DNA of 64,000 nucleotides from Eledone cirrhosa (Eukaryota): NCBI GenBank assembly GCA_964016885.1, contig OZ024749.1, positions 34,348,001 to 34,412,000 of the forward strand, read 5' to 3'. Shown piece by piece: positions 56,013 to 64,000 of this stretch (position 1 is its first letter; each line of letters starts with the position of its first letter). The notes under the pieces were generated by a model. It saw only the letters and a program-made list of their open reading frames with translations, ran no database searches and was not told where the DNA came from. The position numbers and the translations under genes were made by a program.

Positions 56013-57439
56013 ATTTTGTTATCACATACTAGGCTAGTTTTCTTTTATGTGGATATAATCGAATTCAGAAGACTAGATGCAATATATATAACTTGATAGA
56101 AGTATCAGAAAAATATGGATATTATTTCAGTTGTAAAAATTACCGGAATCCACTATTGTTATTGTAGCATTTATAACTAAGTAATATTTTATATACAAAT
56201 ATAGAAGCTCTTATCTAGGTACATACTCGTTTGTGAGATTAAAATATTTAATATAAATACTCGTTCGGAGAGTTTAAAACATAGGAATGTAAAAATTAGA
56301 TTATAGTATAGCATAAATGCATTTTTATATATTTAAAATACAAAATTCTTCAACTCACCCAGGTAATTCGAGTGAGACAAGTTTAGTTGAGAAATTACAA
56401 AGCAATAAACTAGTTTATGCCACGTTAAATTGCTGGGATCAATAAATTACACCGGTGTAATAGAAAAATACTCGCCTCTTAACAGGAAATATTGAAATGG
56501 TACATTTCATTCCATTAAATTATTTATGTTTAGTCAGTCCTCGGTCGTTCCAGTCACGACCAGTCCATCTTTTAAACCGGTAATTCCTTGCTAAGACTAT
56601 GGGATGTGTAATTTGAGAGAGGCATTTAGCTGTTGTTTCTAACAGGTCGAGCGACTATGTTGACACGCCCTTGTTCGTTCGATTTTTATTAAATTGAATA
56701 GAAAGATGGAAACAGAATTACTATTATCCAAGATATTGATATTTTTGTACATTGATGAAAAATTGAATATACGTTATACCCAAAGAAAATAAGAATAAAT
56801 ATACGTGACTTTGAAAATGTAGAATTTAGAGCACCTGTTCGGTTGAGAGGGAGGTGTTCTTACACTAGACAAAAGTTTTTATTAGGATTTCTGGATTTTG
56901 TTTTGAACATCAGAATTGGCAAAAGGAATTTTTTATTTATTTACCCCCCCCCCCCCCCCCCCCAAAAAAAAATCTTTTCTTTGTGAAATGTTATTTGAAT
57001 TTGGAGATTTACAGCTGCAGTGCTTTTTTTTTCCTTGTAATTTCGTTTGTATTTGAAGAATATATATATTTAATTACATTTTCATCTTTAAATTTAAAAG
57101 TTAAAATTGTCTCAAATCCGGAGGTTCATCAGGTTGTGGTTTATTCCGGTTTTATCGACCGTTAGTTACTGAGAGTAGAAGACTTCCCTAGGACAGGCTT
57201 ATCTCAGCAGCTACTGTTGGTGTTCATTTTTCAGCTGAATGAAGTGTTTTGCTCAAACGCGCTACCTGGTCCAGGAATCGAACCCACGTCATTAACCACG
57301 AGATTACTCGCCATAAACCTATATCTGGTGTTCTGTTATTTACATAGTGCAAGTGTGACGAAAGTAATTTATCAACAAAAGCATTAACACAGCATTACTA
57401 TCACTAAGTATGTATTTAAAATCATATACAATATGATTT

Positions 57440-57632
57440 TAGAGACAAAACCAACCGACAGGAGACCCAGAGGTAGAGCACGAGCAAGATGGTTGGATAA
57501 CATCCATGAAGTCGGTTGATCTCACTTGGGGACCCAGTCAGATAAATTGGAGATGGTTGCTTTTAGTAGGACTCTCTAAAAGACGTGTCCTGAGGACACT
57601 GCCCCCCATGACCTTCTCAAGAAGAAGAAGAA
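57440..57632 (+). mobile_element. Short 3' end of the (GAA)n-tailed LINE
   Basis: gacaaaaccaac...gaagaagaag with a flanking aatatgatt duplication. Confidence 0.75.
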
Positions 57633-58591
57633 ATATGATTAATAAACATATTTAGTCTATCAAAGTGTTAAAGCGATTTTAATTAATTCTAAATTAATGA
57701 GTTTGAAAACAATTATAAATTGTAAATCATGCAAATAATTGTTTCTACTTTTGGCACAAGGCCAGCAATTATCCCAGTACATAACTGGTACTTTATTTTA
57801 TCGACCCTGTAAGGATGAAAGGCAAAGTTAACCTCGGCGGGATTTGAACTCAGAAAATAATAATCTTTATATTGAATTAATAAATTTCTTCCTCCCACAC
57901 ACAGTTCAAAAAGAAGAAAAACGTGGGGTGGGGGATGGAGAGAAAAGTTGCATACTCAATCATGTACCACAACATGGGACGCGAGAGTTTCTCTCTAATA
58001 ATTTTTGAGGCGAGGTAACACACTAGTATCCTTACCACGGGTGATAGCGTGTCTAAGACGCTAGAATAACCAAGCACAGTCACCAAGAGCATCACCTGGT
58101 ATAGTAGGTAAGGCAAGATGCAAACAATGACAAGGACTTCGTTGTCACCTTCCCAGTTCCCCACCAGAAAGAAAAAAATTAAGACGACAATAATAACAAA
58201 CAAGATAGTATTGTTTCCTATCTTGCGATTGACACCTACCCCATCCACACATACATACTCATATCCGATTTATATATGACTTACTTATTACATGATCAAA
58301 GCATAATAGAGAGAGGGCTTATGTGAGTACATTGGCATAAACCTACAATGAGGCCTAACCTACACCTTTTAGATTCCAAGGTAAATAATTTTTTTTTTCT
58401 TTCTATTAATCCTTCTATTGTGTTCTGTTACAATTTCAGCTTGTGACATTCGAGACATTTGCGGGGACATTTGAGGGGCCGTTGACAACGAAGTTGTTGT
58501 CATTGCTGGCATCTTGCCTTACCAATGTATCAAGTGATGTTCCTTTGTGAGAGTGCTTGGTTATTCCAGTACCTTATTAGCCGCGGTAATA

Positions 58592-59829
58592 CCGTGTTTC
58601 CCTGATTATAAGCCATGGCTTATATTAAGTTTTACTCCGAAATGTACCACTACGGCTTATTTTCGAGGGAGGGGGTTCATATACCGAAAAAACGACACTA
58701 CTAAACTGAAAATTACAAATTCGCTAAATGATTGGAAATTACGAAAAAACAATCGGCATTTACGCGCAACGTTTACTTGAAAGATCAAATTTATTAAAAA
58801 TTAACACACCATTTAATTCAAAAACTCATGAGCGAAATAATCCACTAATTTATTCAAAAATAATCATGTCATCCTGCTCTGGAATGTCATTGTTTTCCAA
58901 ATCAGTGGATACAATGATTCCTGTGGAATTTTCTTGTGAGTCAATTGCCTGCAGAATTTTCGTCCCTAGTCTTTCATTGTTGAGCGATAGAGGTCGAATT
59001 GAATGGAGAGTTCTTATCCAGATAGCCTGCTCGTAGTGCATTCATTACACAGCTATTTTGTTCCATGAATTTCCCACCCAAGTCAAGATCTCTTGAAGGC
59101 TGGGCTTCAGGAAATTTCCCCGCTCATTTCTCGCCATTCTTTTCGATGTAGTCATTTATTTCCATGCACAGATGGTCCTTGAATGGTTTATTCAGTGCGA
59201 TGTCAAGAATCTGGAGATAGGCGGTCATTCCTGCGGGAGTCATTATTTGATCGATTCTTCTTTCTGCAAGAAAGTTCTTCATATCTTTGACGCGGTGCGT
59301 GGTGGCTGAATCCCAGACTGTGTGACCTCTTTGGGTTCCACGCAAAATCAATGGCAGCATGAAATCGACCCACTTCCTTAAAACTGCCTGTGCGCACCAC
59401 GCCTTTTCAGTTTCCAGAACACAGATACCTGAAACGTGTTCAATTTTATCTTTCTTGCCTTTAGTGATGATAAGAGGTGGGGGTTATTTTCGGGGGTGGC
59501 TTATAATAATAATAATAATAATAATGAAATTATTGTGTACAGTGCTCAGGTGCACTACAACTCATCAAAGGTGCATGTATAGTACATAGAATAATGTACA
59601 AATGTCAGGAAAATGAACAGTGTATGAGTCATGATATAATAATAATAATAATAATAATGAAATATTGTGTACAGTGCCCAGGTGCACCACAACTCATCAA
59701 AAAGTGCATGTACAGTACATAGGGCAATGCACAAACATCAGTAAAATGAACAGTGCACGAGTCATGATACACACATGTGTGCATGTGTATGGAAGGGGTA
59801 CATCAGGTGTAGTTTTGGCGGAAACACGG
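58592..59829 (-). mobile_element. pogo/Tc2-like DNA transposon relic (DDE_1 transposase fragments)
   Basis: VWDSATTHR...TPAGMTAYLQILDIALNKPFKDHL; termini TA-CCGTGTTTCC and GGAAACACGG-TA; right end split by an (AAT)n-tailed insert at about 59508-59819. Confidence 0.85.
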
Positions 59830-59981
59830 TATTGTGCGTGTGTTACCATGTTTCAAAAAACATTTAGAGTAAAACTCCAGCGCCTCATGTGCTAGGGTGT
59901 GATTAAGTGTGGGGACCTTCTTCCCCCTTTTTCTTCTTTTATTATCCCCCACCCTACTTTTAGTAGGGTGGGGGATAATAA

Positions 59982-59984
<3 letters not shown>

Positions 59985-60030
<46 letters not shown>

Positions 60031-60110
60031 TATATATATATATATATATATATGCATATATATATATATATATATATATGCATACATATATATATATATA
60101 TATATATATG

Positions 60111-60146
<36 letters not shown>

Positions 60147-60235
60147 TATATATATATATATATATATATGCATACATATATATATATATGCATACATATA
60201 TATATATATATGCATACATATATATATATATATGC

Positions 60236-60278
<43 letters not shown>

Positions 60279-60305
60279 TATATGCATATATATACACATA
60301 TATAC

Positions 60306-60344
<39 letters not shown>

Positions 60345-60363
60345 TATATATACACATATATAC

Positions 60364-60400
<37 letters not shown>

Positions 60401-60419
60401 TATATATACACATATATAC

Positions 60420-60498
<79 letters not shown>

Positions 60499-60625
60499 TA
60501 TATATATACACATATATACGTATATATATATGCATATATATATATATGCATATATATACATATATACGTATATATATATATACGTATATGCATATATATA
60601 TATATGCATATATATACATATATAC

Positions 60626-60666
<41 letters not shown>

Positions 60667-60778
60667 TATATATATATATATATATGCATATATATACATA
60701 TATATATATGCATATATATATATGCATATATATATATGCATATATATATATGCATATATATATATGCATATATATATA

Positions 60779-60814
<36 letters not shown>

Positions 60815-60884
60815 TATATATATATATGCATATATATACATATATACGTATATATATATATATGAATATATATATATATGCATA

Positions 60885-60929
<45 letters not shown>

Positions 60930-60950
60930 ATACATACATATATATATACA
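59985..60950. repeat. (TA)n microsatellite tract with TGCA/TACG interruptions
   Basis: Directly visible. Confidence 0.98.
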
Positions 60951-61341
60951 TGGTGGCTGCCAACTCGTTTTCGAGTACGGCCACTACTTTATATCCACGT
61001 AGGAGAACCCCTACTGATGCGCTGAACGAGTGTGACTTTTTAGTCCAGCCAGCGACTTGAAAACTCTGGTACAAACACTACACTTGTGACAATTATTGAC
61101 ACATAGTGCTGGGCCCTTGGTACCATGTGACGACAAGTGCAGAGAGGTCTCCAGATATAAAGCAATGCCTGTGCCGTGAAGCTTTTATATTGAGCAAAGG
61201 CACTGCACAAAGCCAGTCCCACTCTCTTAACCAAGATGATATTTACCAAAAAGAAGAACAAGTCAACATCATTGGATACCATCAGAGTTGCAGGTGTTAT
61301 ATCAGAGTTTTCCTTCTCCTAGAATTCTGCCATATATATAA

Positions 61342-61599
61342 TAAATGTAATCTGAGTTTTTCGAATATTAATAATAACATTCGATTCGTTTGCAATTATG
61401 CAAACAGGTCTCATTTTTAAAGCCATGTCAGTAGAATGAACCCTTCATTCTTGCTCTTGCAGTTCTGTTTACATGCCAACACAAGAGCAAGAATGAAGGG
61501 TTCATTCTACTGACATGTCTTTAAAAATGAGACCTGTTTGCATAATTGCAAACGAATCGAATGTTATTATTAATATTCGAAAAACTCAGATTACATTTA
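61342..61599. repeat. Inverted repeat with 118-bp arms and a 22-bp loop
   Basis: 61342-61459 vs 61482-61599, one visible mismatch; flanked by TA runs. Confidence 0.92.
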
Positions 61600-61627
61600 A
61601 TGTATTCAGCCATGTAGAGCGAAAATG

Positions 61628-61677
<50 letters not shown>

Positions 61678-61716
61678 ACAGGAAGCTGGACTGGTGTAAT
61701 TCCTTAAAGGTTTATT

Positions 61717-61774
61717 ATACTATGAACATTTCAATGACCGGGTTCAGTATGAATCCGGTGACATCATCAGGTAT
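61717..61774 (-). ncRNA. Type I hammerhead ribozyme motif followed by AATAAA
   Basis: ATAC-CTGATGA-long stem II (ACCGG/CCGGT, TTCA/TGAA)-GAAATG-tt-CATA-GTAT-AATAAA, inside a (TA)n-flanked element at about 61672-61872. Confidence 0.6.
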
Positions 61775-64000
61775 TCGAAATTTAACAAAGGGATATAGTC
61801 CATGGGGCTGAAAAGGCAGAGAGAAAAGAAGGCGGCCACACATTTAGCAGTTTCTAGTTCGGTCGGCCGCCTATAATATATATATATATGTGTGTGTATG
61901 TGTGAAATAAATCTTTTATAATATATATTACACAGGGTGTCTTTCAAAAAATGTATACACAAATGTATGTACAGGTAATCAAAGTGTGTATACATTTTTG
62001 GGGACACCCTGTATATCATATGCACTACGTGTATAAGTACACACCTGTATCTCATTCATATAAACTGTGTATTTAATACTAATTTCACATATAGGTTTAT
62101 TGTGTTAGAAATGAGGCCTACATTTCAAATTTGGTGGGGTTCTGTCTATTAATAGTTCTGAATGGGCCCGCCTGCATATGATTATCTATTTGTTGTTTTG
62201 TATCAGGTCGCCATCATTTAAGTGAGTCAGCCCTCTCCAAATTGGCTCCTGTAGTTTAAACCATCAAATCCAGGTCGTGGTTCTAATTGAAACGTCATGA
62301 GTTTACTGATGTGTGACATTCCTTCTACCCGATAGACAACTCATGTAAATGGATATTGTACACGACCACGCGGAATTCCATCATAACTATTTATGTTCTA
62401 TTACAACGACTGCACTATTTTTAGCTATTTCCCATTCTCTGTACTATTTATAAACATAGTACATACTCATTGAAACATGGTAAACATTTAGAACCATTTT
62501 TGTGTTTACCGACATTAAACGTTCAACAAAATCTGTTGCAAAATAGCAAACCTTATAAGCCCGACCCCAAAGTTTTCAATTCTTAATTGTTACAGGCACG
62601 TTTCTTAGATGTTTAAGAAACGTTATTAGCAAGGTTTTAATTCGTCTTAGCAGACCGACATATTACTACTTAGCTTCATATAAACAAACTCACACACACT
62701 CTTTCTGTTGCTCCATAAAAAAAAAAAGAATTTATTACGTAACACCAGAGGTTAGTTTACCTATATAACATATATGTCTGACAACGAATTCGACCTAGTT
62801 ACCCCTATAACTCTAATAGCAAAGAAAAACCAAATATAGACTGAATAAAAATTTATGTTACAAGAAATTCAAATGCTAATCCTTGTTTTTCGTTATTATT
62901 AAGATTAGAAATCATTTTTGTTCCGAAATTTACTGAACGTTTTATACAGTTGCAATTTCTAACATTAAATTCTTGCATTATAACAGATGTTTGTCATTTA
63001 TAAAGCCATAGTTGAAAGTTACTGTCATTTCAAATGTATATAATATTACAGCTGGTGTGTCATTCCACTGAAGGAATAGAAGGAGGTGGCATCACAAACC
63101 GTCCGCAGGCAATATAACTCTGTCTACAATTATAATTCTGTTCACACTGAATATGTTTTATAAGAATGATTTCTTCATTAGCTACATAGGGCTCACACAC
63201 ACATAAAAACAAACACATTAAAAATGCCAAATGACGGTTCAATGTGGGGTTGTTTTTTTTTCGAGTTAAAAAAAGTTTCACAAAAACGACAAACGTAAAA
63301 TTTCAACAATAAATTCTCCAATAGAGAGGAAACTTCCGAGGGTCACTCGTGGAGAAAGCCCATAAAAAACCACGGTCGTCCTGACCGCTAGGGCCAGTGC
63401 ATGATTTTGCATTGTGTTTAGGTGTGCTTAAGCACAGGGCCCCGTTGGCTAGGGGGAGGGTGCGGGCATCTTCCTGCCAAAAAATTGTTTTTACGATGAA
63501 TTTTGCAAATGTTTGGACCCTTATAACTTAACCAGCACAGGGCTTCATCTGTCCTAAATCCGGCACTGGGTATCGCAAGTATACGATCCCAGTATGTTTG
63601 ATAAAACTATCAAATCTAATAGTGGACCAGTGCCGTCAAGAATGACGGCAGTAGCGTTTAACATATTTAATTTTTGGAGTCCAGCCAACACTTTAACTAG
63701 ACACAATTTATGTTAAAACTTCTATAAAAGAAAAAAAGAAAGAAAGTTGGAGAAAGATCTGCTCAGTCAATTGCACTAATTACTCTCTAAGTAGTCTACA
63801 TACAAAATTTATTGGCTCGCAAAACAATTTATCAACTTCTTTACTAAGCACAACTAAGTTTTAGACAAGTTCATTGCTAATTGAACTGATTAAGTGCATT
63901 ATTTTATGCTTATTTTATTCTCTCTCGAGCCGTACTGGTTAAGTGTGCTTAGATGTGATTAATCACACGGCCCCGTTGGCCAGGTGCATCTTCCTGCCAA

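Overview
AT-rich animal genomic DNA dense in (TA)n/(CA)n microsatellites and retroelements, most consistent with an octopus or other coleoid cephalopod (inferred from the repeat landscape, not verified). Two protein-coding genes can be built from the sequence, both on the minus strand. (1) A complete GDP-L-fucose synthase (GFUS/TSTA3) with 9 coding exons at 52898-42496, 963 nt and 320 aa; one intron has U12 (minor spliceosome) signals. (2) An unrecognised two-exon gene: an ATG-only first coding exon at 14346-14348 behind TATA and CCAAT boxes, a 13.4 kb intron, and exon 2 at 645-989. It encodes a 115-aa probably secreted peptide with 10 Cys, whose C-x3-C-x6-C-x3-C-x10-C-x3-C-x6-C-x3-C frame closely resembles the helical-hairpin nemertean neurotoxin B-IV. 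A decayed tandem paralog appears at about 20.6-20.9 kb. The rest is tRNA-derived SINEs, RTE, CRE and L1-like LINE fragments, a pogo-type transposon relic, several MITE families and minisatellites. A recurring class of short (TA)n-embedded fold-back elements also occurs; several carry Penelope-type hammerhead ribozyme motifs and one carries a head-to-head pair of tRNA-like genes. Most long ORFs in the ORF track are microsatellite or minisatellite artefacts. Repeat boundaries were read by eye and are approximate.
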